A stretch of 64,000 nucleotides of DNA from Asterias rubens (taxonomy: Eukaryota), in NCBI RefSeq assembly GCF_902459465.1, contig NC_047082.1, positions 4,154,001-4,218,000 of the forward strand. The letters are read 5' to 3'. Under the pieces are notes generated by a model, which saw only the letters and a program-made list of their open reading frames with translations, ran no database searches and had not been told where the DNA came from. Made by a program: the position numbers and the translations under genes. The first letter of the stretch is position 1. Each line of letters starts with the position of its first letter. Below are positions 32,792-44,700 of the stretch, piece after piece.

Positions 32792-35700
32792 CGTATAATC
32801 AACGATGGTGCTGAATGACGTCATATAAAATCCATCTATTGACCCATTTCACCTGACGTCATTATCAGAAAAAATCTTGAATGCGCCATACTGGTGGGCA
32901 GGTTCACTGAGCGTTTTCATATATAACTCTATGCATAGAGTATGCTGTGCGTTATGCAGTGAAGTGTGCATTTTAGGCGACGCGGCGTTAATACATGTAA
33001 ACCTAACTGCCCACCAATATGGTGAGCGTGGCATCGGTCGCCGCGTGTGACGCGCGTGCAAGCGGTCAATACCAACCTGAGTTGACGACTGCTCCTCCTC
33101 CAGGAATGTCCTGTATACCTGGTTGAGCTTATCAAACATCCTGGCTATGATAGACAAACTGCACTGCTGACCTGGTAATAACACTGCAGAACAAAAATCA
33201 CCCAATTCTAATACGTGTCAAACATTCTTGCCTTTCTGCACTTTATGTACGAGAGTCTCACGGCGCAACAAAGAACAATAAAATGTACGAAACAAGTCAG
33301 CCATTCAGCGATTTCGACGACCAATTGAGCTCAAATTTGTACAGGTTTGTTATTTTATGCATATGTTGAGATACACTCAAGTGAGAAGACTGGTCTTTTA
33401 CCAATAGTGTCCAGTGTCTTTAGCTACAAATAATACTTTGAAGGAAAAGGGAGGGTCGCTAGCTAAAGACAGAAGGGGTTGGGTTTAATTCTAAAAGAAA
33501 AGCATATTACCCACCTTGCTTGCAGACAGATAATATGACCTTCTTACTCTCTCTCCTTAACAACAAAAAGTCAATCAGACGACACTGCAAACATCAACAA
33601 AATATCAACATTTATAAAGCACTTATCCATTGTTCCTAAGCATTCATTATTTTGAACTAGAGGTATGCAGAACTATATTCCAGTTACTAAAGGACAAAAT
33701 ATACTTACGTACAAGGTGCTGTAAAGCAGTCTGTAGCCAACTGTACCAGAAACACAAGGGACAAAACTCTTCTCTAATTTGACAAGTGTACTGGTTTTGT
33801 TAAAGCCATTGGACCCTTTCGGTTCAGAAAAAAAAAAAAAAGTTCACAGATTTACAAATAACTTACAGGGTTTACAGAAGGCAATGGTGAAAGACTTCTC
33901 TTGAAATACTATTCCATGAAATGCTTTACTTTTTGAGAAAACAGCAAAACAATATAAATTCTCGTTAACGAGAATTACGGATTTATTTGAAACACATGTC
34001 ATGACATGGCGAAACGCGCGGAAACAAGGGTGGGTTTTTCCGTTGTTTTCTCCCGACTCCGATGACCGATTGAGCCTAAATTTTCACAGGTTTGTTATTT
34101 GATATAGAAGTTGTGGTACACACAGTGTGGGCCTTGGACAACACTGTTTACCGAAAGGGTCCAATGGCTTTAACATGCATTACACAAGAAACTTGATCTA
34201 TGGCTTTACATCCCTCCCGACAAAGCAATTATGTTTCCTCGTTGAACTGAACTGAGAAATTGAACCCGCACTCATCTGGACAGAAGCGCCAGAGCTCGAG
34301 TCCAGTGGACTTGACCGCTAAGGTGAAGCCATGACGTGCCACTAGATTTGTAGTACATGTACCATATATGGTATGCATACCATATATGGTACATGTAAAT
34401 TTCAAAAACAAAATTATTATTTTAGTGATACAAATATTTCTTATAATTTGGGGTTGAACAAAGAAAATTTAACTGGAACGGGACTTGAACCTACATCCTT
34501 CAGATTAGCAGACATGATTGAGCTATCTATTCTTAGTGTTGGGGGTCTCCCTATCTATCCCAATAATAACCAATCCTACATAATACTTATACGGTAACAC
34601 CATGAGTGTATCTAGAGTTTGTTCTTAGAGAGCTGTCTTTCTTTATTCTATTAACGCGGAGTAGATTTTCAGGGGTTCAGGAGACTTCTCAGTTCTGAAA
34701 AGAACTGTCCTGCTTTTTAATTACTACCCGGGCGGATGGTAAAGAAATAGGCTGGGACTACTACATTAGCTTATGGGATCGTTATTAACTGCACTACCGC
34801 GGAGTCAGTTCTTAAAATGGTCTCAACATTTCGACTAGCTTGCTTTAGTCATTGTCAATCCTACATCTTTAATAACTTCCTCACCTTGTCTGGGATCATT
34901 GTCACCAGAGGTTCAAGCCTCAGATGGACATGCCACAAGCAACCCAACCGGGCGTCAATCACTGTATTGGGCTGGAATACTACCCAGTTGGGCGAATCTG
35001 GGTACAAGTGCTATTAAGGAAAAGCCTAATAGTCTTTTTGAAGGTGAGGTTTTGGTCAAAGTCAAAGAATTAAGGGTTACCATCAGGAGATATGTATCTT
35101 ATGTAATGTTGGCTTTTGCTGTATTGAAGGTATATTTTAATCATCTTTCGTACATAAAGACATCAATGAATTACATGTAAGTTGTTATTTCAACATAAAT
35201 TAACTGTGTAATCAACACACTAAAATTATGTTTGTGAAAAAAATGTTCATCTGCTTTGTCCGCTATTTTAAAACCACTCACCAACACCAAGTCAAATGTA
35301 TATGGTTGCTAACATTCGCCAACAGTGGCGGGCGCACGCAAAATTGTTGGCAAACAAATGCAAACGTTGCCAGCGTTTGCGCAAGTGGAACACACTCAAG
35401 GGCGGATAAAAACAGGGATCAAGTCTAGAGACGGGGTTCCCAGACGGGTTTTAAAGGATACAGAGTTCAATGCCGACTTCTCTCATCTCTAGTCCAGTCT
35501 GTGTAGGAATTCCAGCCACCCTTAGCTTGATGGGCCTGATGGGCAATGGAGCTAATACTGGATAGTGGTAATTCACATAACCGTCTGTCTCGGGCGCCGG
35601 TAACCGGATGTCAAAAATCATTGAAGTCTGCAAAGATAGACAATCAACTCACTCATTAAAGGCACTGGACACTATTGGTAATTACTCAAAATAATTGTTA

Positions 35701-38700
35701 GCATAACAATTTACTTGGTAACGAGAAATGGAGAGCTGTTGATAGTATAAAACATGCGAAACGACGTCCTCTGAAGTAACGTACATGTAGTTTTTAAGAA
35801 AGAAATAATTTTCCACAAATTTGATTTTGAGGTACCGAAATCAAGCGTCTGAAAGCACACAACTTCGTGTGACAAGGGTGTTTCTTCTTCCATTATTATC
35901 TTGCAACTTTTACGACTTTGTTCAAATGTTCACGAATTTGTTATTTTGTGCATATATGTTGAGTCACAAATTTGTTATTGTATGCAAATATTGGGATACA
36001 CCAAGTGAGAACACTGGTCTTCGACAATTATGAGTAGTGTCCAGTGCCTTTAAAGGCAGGTAAACTATTGGTAATTGTCAAAGACCAGTGTCCTCACTTG
36101 GTGTATCCCAATATTTGCATACAATAACAAATTTGTGAAAATTTTGGCTCAACTGCATAGAATTGTGTGCCTGTGAGCCCAAAGTCCTTAGAAATTTAGC
36201 ATTTATGTTTCATTAGAAAATGGTGAAGTGGTACTTTTCCTGTAATCTTTAGAATTTATTTGTCTTACCTTTGAGGCTTGGTGGTGAACAACGACCAAAT
36301 TATCCTGAAATCGAGAAGAAGAAAAAATTACAAGAAAAAATTCTTACTGATTGAAATTATAAAGAAGGGCTATAAAACAACAGTGCAATTATCAAGCATT
36401 CAAAATTACTTCGTCTCGGTAAAATTATCAAGAACCAGGCCTCGTTGGGTTTAAACCACTACTTGAAAACCTCTTCACAACACATTGATTCCCTTATTTA
36501 TGACTTCCCAAAATCAGCTACTTCTTGGAAATAGTGCAGTTGAATTAGACATCTAAGAATATTTTCATGTAGAAACTTTTCTCAGATTGAAATGTTTTTT
36601 GAATCCCACTCTCTCAAACCACATTACTTTCAAGTGTTTGTCAAAATGCTATACATAATCAACAGCTGTAGATTTAAATCTATTTACTTTGTTTGGTCAA
36701 AGGCTTAAAGGCAGTGGACACTATTGGTAATAACTCTAAATAATTATTAGCACAAAACCTTACTAGGTAACGAGTAATGGGGAGAGGTTGATAGTATTAA
36801 ACATTAGTGCTGGGCGAATACTGAAATTTTGATATTCGGATACCACTGGCCAACTATCCGAAATTAACCGGATTTTTTATTTATTTTTTGCCGCTAGAGG
36901 GCGCTGTTCGTTTGTGAATGAGATCGAATGGGCGAATTGATATTAGTTTTAGACAGTGTCACTCGGTTCATTCATAAAAATAACCGGATCTAATTTAAAA
37001 ATGGCGATTTGCTTTTTCTTTTGATCTTGATTGACTCTACGTGAAGAAAAACTTTCGTAATCTTTGAACAAATTACGTCAGAATCGCACTGTTTTAACTC
37101 TTCACGGAGGTGAGCATAGTTAAATACTTAATTTATGCTGTTTTATGCTGTCCTAATAGAAGTTTCATAAGGATTCAGACAAAACATTCCTATCAGTTGT
37201 CGCCCGACGTCCGCGGATATTCGGATATTAAAAGAATATCCGGTTACTTGGTTGTAATTACAGAACTATCCGGTTTATAAATAGGTATTCGCGCCCTATG
37301 CGGATATCCGGTTAAGAAAAAAAAGGCATTCGCGGTTATGGATAGGAAAACCTATTCGCCATTAACCAGATATTCGAATAATTCGCCCAGGCTTATTAAA
37401 CATTGTGAGAAACGGCTCCCTCTGAAGTGGAGTAGTGTTCGAGAAAGAAGTATTTTTCCATGAATTTGATTTCGAGACCTCAGATTTAAGAATTGAGGTC
37501 TCGAAATCAAGCATCTGAAAGCACACAACTTCGTGTGACAAGGGTGTTTTTACTTTCATTATTATCTTGCAACTTTGATGACCGACTGAGTAGAAATTTT
37601 CACAGGTTTACTATTTTATGCATATGTTAAGATACAGCAAGTGAGAAGACTGGTCTTTGACAATTACCATTAGTGTCTTTAAGCAGTGAGTGTAAGGGCC
37701 CATACCTGAGTGGGAGATTCGGCAACCATTGTAAGTTGTATCATAACAAAATAGAAAGCTTGTGCCTGATCGTGCTTTTCTTGTTTTCATGTTTGTCAAA
37801 ATGATCCCATGAAGGGTGGGAAAAATCCCAAACCATAACATTTAGATCAAGGCAACACAGTCCAAAGACAAAACACTTAGCACCTGTTTGAAATACTCAT
37901 TTTTGTCCAAATACAAATTCCGACTTACAACAACGTTGACAGCAAAGCGGCCAGTCATGTTCAGTCGTAGAACATCCGTCCTTTTGGCTGGAGATTCCCT
38001 GGAAATAAAATAAAGGGTCCAGACATTTACTGGGAGTTCATTAATCCCACAAGTAACCCCTTCAATCCATCAAACTCAACAAAATGTTATTCCTGTAATT
38101 TATCAGACTCATGGACAAGTCGTTAAATGTCTGTCACGGTGATAGCGTTCCAACTCTACCCGCGATTCCCGCGGTATTATTGCTAGACTGCTGGCCCTGC
38201 AAGACTACTGCTCTCACGACTACGGTCCCATTTAACGGGGAGTAGAAGTCGGGCAAATAGCAGTTCGCGCGAGAGCAGTGATCTCGCGAGAGCACCGCCA
38301 CAACTCGACTATCTCACCGCAAGGGGACCCATTAACGACTTGTCTACAAGTCTAGTAATATATACATCCATTATTATGCATGTAAACTCATTTGCAGTCA
38401 CATCTCCAGATCAACACAATTCAAGTGACGTCGACCTCTTTGGGCTCAGACCTTGCTTGGGCACACAGAGGACAAGCATTCCGCCCTGCAAACTTGACTC
38501 TTCTTGTGCAAATTGAAGAATTTGTTCCTTGTTTCTTAATGGAAGGAATCATTTATATATCAAAAGAGAGTGATACATACTTTTGTAGTTGGTAGAGGAC
38601 AATCTCAGCTCCTTTACTGCTTGGTCCTCTGACTTGATGACGAAGGACAACGATGTACAAATGGCTATACCTACAATTAACAAGATTAACAACACCATGA

Positions 38701-41700
38701 TTGGCATTAATAGGTTTAAACACCAAATAACAAACCACAAGGGAAGTGACTGGGTAAATTGTTTAGGACTGTCTACCAACCTGAAAGAATTTGACTATAA
38801 AGACTATATAGAAAACCGTGAAACATGTTTTGATGTATCCGGAGTATTTTAAAAACGATAACTTACAGATTTGCTATTGTGACATCTCGTTCCAGCAGAC
38901 ACAGCTTGGGCGGCTTAGGGACTTGTGGCAAGTCTATTTCAAATTTGGCCATCTTTAAGACATTACCAGCCTAAAAAAATAAAAATTAAACAAAAATCGC
39001 ATAAGAAACTCAAATGTTACACTGTATGGTTACAAACCAATTGATCAATAAAAAACTGAAATATTTGATAAATATAAATAAACAAAGACAAGTTATCAAC
39101 AGTATAAACCACAAGGGAAACTGAATGGGTAGTTTAGTACATAACTAGTTATGTACATAACTTCTAAAGCTAATTTAAGGTCACTGGACACCTTTGGTAA
39201 TTGTCAAAGACCAGTATTCTCACTTGGTGTATCCCAACATATGAATAAAATAACAAATCTGTGAAAGTTTTGACTTAATTTGTCATCGAAGTTGCAAGAG
39301 AATAATGAAAGAAAAAAACACCCTTGTTGCACAAATTTGTGTGCTTTCAGATGTCTAATAAAAGGCTTCAGGCATGAACTCATATTTAAGTGAGAAATTA
39401 CCTCTTTCTCAAAACTATGTTACTTCAGAGGGAGCCGTTTCTCACAATGTTTTATACTAGCACATGCTCAACATTGCTTGTTAATGTTACCTAAAAATTA
39501 TTTTGAATAATTACCAATAGTGTCCAGTGTCTTTAATGTTAACATACAAAAAATACTCTCACCTTGAAATGGAATGGATTAAGAACATTTCCCAGAGGTG
39601 AAGATGACAAAAGAAGTAACGAGTTATCAGCCTAAACAGAAATAAAAACATGCCACACAGAAAGTGAGTTTTAAACACTTCATGAAGTATTTGTTAGTAT
39701 AGCTTTGGACCCCTCTTTCTGGGGATCCCCCTCTGTGCTTGAAGGAACACGTTGCCTTGGATCGGTCGAGTTGGTCTTTAAAAAGCGTTTGTAACCGTTT
39801 GTTATAAAATGCATACGGTTAGAAAGATGTTTTAAAAGTAGAATACAATGATGCAAACAAACTTGCCTCAAAATTGCGTGGTTTTCCTTTTACTTTACGA
39901 AATAACACGGTCGTCCATTTATAGGAGTCAAAAATTTGACTCCCATAAATGGCCGACCGTGTTAGTCGACGACGTAAAAGGAAAACCACGCAATTTCGAG
40001 TGATACTTGTGTGGATCATTGTATTCTACTTTTAAAACATCTTTCTAACCATATGCATTTAATAGCAAACGGTTTCAAACGCTTTTCAAAGACCAACTCG
40101 ACCGATCCAAGGCAACGTGTTCCTTTAAGCAAGACACTGAACCATGATGCTTCGTCCTTCGCATTGGACGTAAAGCCGCTGGTCCCATGAGTTGTGTCAT
40201 AAACGTAAAAGAACCCAGTGCACTAATCAAACAGAGAAGGGGTTTGCCCCGGTGTTCCTGGTTTATTGGCTGCAAACCATTACATAGTGCTATGTAAAAG
40301 GAGTACATGTAAGTCTCATCATTCAAACGTAGTCCCACACATCTTGCAGGAAAAATACTAACAATGTGTGGTGAAGAGGTTTTCAACTAGTGGTTTAATC
40401 CCGCCGAGGCCTGGTTCTTGATAATTTTACCGAGACAAAGTCGAAGGTAAATTATCAAGAACCAGGCCTCGGCGGGTTTAAACCACTAGTTGAAAACCGA
40501 TTCAACACACTTTGATTCCCATTCATAAATACCTTTTCGGTCAAAAACACATCAACACTTTTTGTCAAAAAGTAAAACAAATGCAAAAGTTTTAATTGTT
40601 TAATGATTTCTTTCAACACAACACCCCTCCAGCTATGAAATGGTAGACCCTCGGGTAAACAACTCCTTATAAGGAGATTGATGGGCGCGTCGCGCCTATC
40701 GCGTGATGTGGCACAACTGTCCCGGCCGTTGCTCTCGACCAATAGGAAAGAAGAAACTGTCTTATAAGCACAGGTGCAAGCTCGCGTCTCACACCCACAT
40801 TTCAACACTTTTTACTGGTCATTATCAAAGGTTTAAACACCCCCACGTGCGCGCTCTCCACCATAAGGGAAAGCGAAACTGTCTTGGGTATTTATGAATG
40901 AATGTTAAAGGCAGAGGACACTATTGGTAATTACTCAAAATAATTACTAGAATAAAACCTTTCTTGGTGATGAGTAATGGGGAGAGGTTGATGGTATAAA
41001 ACATTGTGAGAAACGGCTCCCTCTGAAGTACCATACTTTTCGAGAAAGAAGTAATTTTCCACGAATCTGATTTCGAGACCTCAGATTTAGAACTTGAGGT
41101 CTCAAAATCAACCATCTAAACACACAAAACTTCGTGTGACAAGGGTGTTTTTTTCTTTCAATATTATCTCGCAAGTTCGATGACTGATTGAGCTCAAGTT
41201 TTCACAGGTTTGTTATTTTATGCATAATGTTGAGATACAACGACTGTGAAGGCTAGTCTTTGACAATTACCAATAGTGTCCACTGCCTTTAATGCGCCTA
41301 CGTATATGCGCACCATATAAGAAGATTATTATGTATGCTATGTTGACTTACAAGGAAGACAAACCAGTTGACGGAGATGTTGATATTCTTGAGTGACTTG
41401 AGAGACTTCTTCTCAGGGATGACTTGGTAGAGTTCCAATCCATGGTCTGTGATAAACACTACCTCGTTGATATTGGTCCAATTGAAGCCAATTATCTTAG
41501 TATTCTTGCCCTAAAAGATCAAGATTAAAATAAAAGAGTCAAAAACTCAGAGCACTCCTGCTGCTGCAGCTTCCACACACAGATAACTCCGGCTTTCCTA
41601 AGTACATTATCTGAAGGCTAATGGCTTATTTTTAAGGGGTGCCAAATTGTTATTTTTTTGTCTCTGGTTTATGCGAATGCACCTTATTTTTGACCGCGCG

Positions 41701-44700
41701 AGGGCTCTATAAATATTATTGTTCTCACTTCCGGGGGTATACATGTACGTGATTCGCCCTGCACTTTTGTTGCGCCGTAGTTTCAATTTTGCTTTAGAGG
41801 TGGATTCAGGCCTGATACTTCACGGAGGCAACGAAGGCAATTACCTCCGTGTCCCCTGGTCATTGCCTTGGTGCCCTTGAAATGCTCCAGTACAAATTTG
41901 CAATTTTAGATCATGGGGTGCCCTTTACCAAGGAGAAAATGCCTTGGTGCCCTTGCCCAAGCAAAAATGAAGCATACAGCCCTGTGGATTATAACGGCTC
42001 CTTTCAAAGTCTTATTGTCCGTGATGGATTAGATGTCTGTGGTGGTAATGTGTTCCAATCTTTAATAACTGTTTTGTGTAAGAATGAATATACCCCCGGA
42101 AGTAATTGAGAGCGCCCTCACGCGGTCAAAAATATGGCCCATTGGCTGAGCACTGCAACCCGAGCACATGTAAATCAAAGATCCTGACTTTTTCACCATA
42201 TTTTGTTTTCCAGGCAGACTGAAGAATTCAGATTAAAGTGTGAAATATTCGTCCAATGTTGAGCACAATCTTTTAGGCAGAGCCATATTCAGTTAAAAAG
42301 AACTAGTCATATGTGAATGTTGTCAATAAATGATCATTTACCTTACAGCTTTGAGAATATTCAGACGTGTCTCCCCCACTGTGAAAGTTGATAAACTCCT
42401 GTAATCAGAGAAAGTAAAAGGAGATCGTACACTACACTTTAAAGAGCCCAAAAAGAGCTTTAAATTATCATAAAAATTATGATTTACTCGCTGCATAAAA
42501 AATATGATTCAAACTGCCTCTAGCTACCGGGCAATCTCGGTGGACTAGTTGGTATGACACTACTCTAGAATTGCAAAGGTTGTGGGTTCGAATCCCACTC
42601 GAGTAATATGCCTGTGATTTTTTTCTTGGGTAAGTACCGAGTATACAGTGCTAACACACATCCGTGTATATGGGTAAAAACCCAAAATGAATAATTAATA
42701 TTTCATGATGAAGTATCAATGTATTCAATTGGTGGCAACATCTACTTAGTGGTGTAGATTTGTTCTTTGAGAACGATATCCCCCAGGTTGTATCTTAAAC
42801 TTGTGTGTGATCCCTGGCTATAGGGCAGTTATACAATCAAAGGAAAACATACCACAGTTTTTTGTGACCTCTGGACAGCAAGAATTTTCAGATCGTAGGA
42901 AAACTTGATGGAGATAACCGGGCCTTTGTCTTCCATTCTGAAAAGAGATCCAATGGTGGTCACAAACTAATGCTATCACAAACACTGAGTATTTCATGTA
43001 TTTATATGAAACTACAACATGTGAAAAATTTGTCTGGATTTAACTGAACTTACGCAGAATTTCTAGCTGAAAGCTCAGCGGGGTGTTGATGTGGATTGAA
43101 TCTGTTATTGCAGTAACAGGTTACAGTATCTGTATTATCTGTCGAATACTGCAACAAACTTCTCACAGGATATATAAGTTGCAGGTGTGGTGTGGCGAGT
43201 GCACAAACATTAGTGATACGTAAGCCACAGCCAGGAACACCGGGGCGAATCCCTTCTCTTTTCGATAAGTGCACTGGGTTCTTTTATGTGCGTTACACAA
43301 AGGAACCAAAGACTTTACGTCCCCTCCACTAACGAAGCAATGGTTTAGTGTCTTGCTTAAGGACACAAGTGTCACGGCTGGGGATTCAAACCCACTCTAG
43401 TAACCAGAAACACCAGAGTTTGAATTTGGTGCTCTTAACCGCTTGGCCACGACAATTCCACATTACCAGAGATAGACAGAATCTATCAGTCATGACACTG
43501 GTTTCCTCACTGAGGTGTTGGTGGGAGACATGGACCAGTAGAGAGCCACTGATTGATTTTTCTAAACACTACCTGTAACCTAGCCCACTTTGTTGAGCTG
43601 TTATGGCTCTCTTTCATCATCGGTCTTATAACAGTCACCATTACGACTGTGATGAGACCGCTGTTAAAACCGAGCCATAACAGCTTAACAAGGTGTAAGC
43701 TTGGGCGATATCACGATATTATCGAATATCGCGATATTAATTTGGACACGATTTCGATATGCGGATGGATTTGGTTTTAATCGAAATATCGATAATCGCG
43801 GTATATCGATATATCGATTAAATATCGCGATGTTTTTGCTAGCTGAGACATCTTGCACCCCATAGGTTTGGAGTAAAACCAGAAGAATAGGTCATTAGAA
43901 CACCTCTCTTATGCTAGGACTGTCTCTTCTACAACTTTCACTTGGAGTTTTAAGACTGATGATGTCAAATTTCAATAATCGCGATTATATCGAATATCGC
44001 GATATATTGTCGGCGATATATCGTGAATAAAATAAATCAATATCGCCCAAGGTGGGCTACCTGTAACCCTACCCACCTGAAGGATGTGCTTGTTCTATCA
44101 TCTGGACCTCGGACCACCACACCGAGAGCTCCTCCTGAGCGGACTGCAAATACCTGATAGCAAATATATAACAAATAATAATATCGAGTGTGTAGAGTTT
44201 GTACAGTGCCATCAAAAGTTGCCTATTTCCTAGGCGCTATCCCCTAGGCAAAAAAAAAAAAAAAAAAAGAGTTTCGAGCTCAATCTTCTTCTTTCTTTAT
44301 TTTCACTTTTTTTCCTGAAATATTGTCCAACTTCCTAATAAACTAGTGCCCCAAGGCATGCAGGCTTTCAAGGGAGTCTAGTTAGAATGTAGCACTACTG
44401 CCACTGTACTCTACCTGTCCTGACTTTACTGAGTACTACTTCAATGTAGCTCCTAAGCTTTGAAACCAACTGCCTTGTGACGTCAGAGAAGCAGTGTCTA
44501 CTTTGGTCTTCAAGCAGTCTCTCAAAACGTTTTTGTTTCCCACTGAGTGCAACTAGTAGTTTTCTTTTGTTATATTTTTTGTTTGGAAAAGTTTCCGTAT
44601 GGTGCCACCACCTTTTCATTCGATATGAATTATATTTAATAGATGTTAAATTTTGCATCGGGATAAAGAATATTAATTTTTTTGGTTTTACCCATAAAAA

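Noticed and set aside
38392-38520. GC-richer segment resembling an extra RMC1 exon (also about 33700-33790 and about 28400-28490)
   Set aside because: No similarity to RMC1, and the 18-exon model is already complete and in frame without them.
42535-42604. Possible tRNA gene (also 44807-44878)
   Set aside because: Anticodon and acceptor stems are imperfect, the two copies differ in paired positions, and both share long non-tRNA flanks. It is a repeat-borne tRNA-like sequence.
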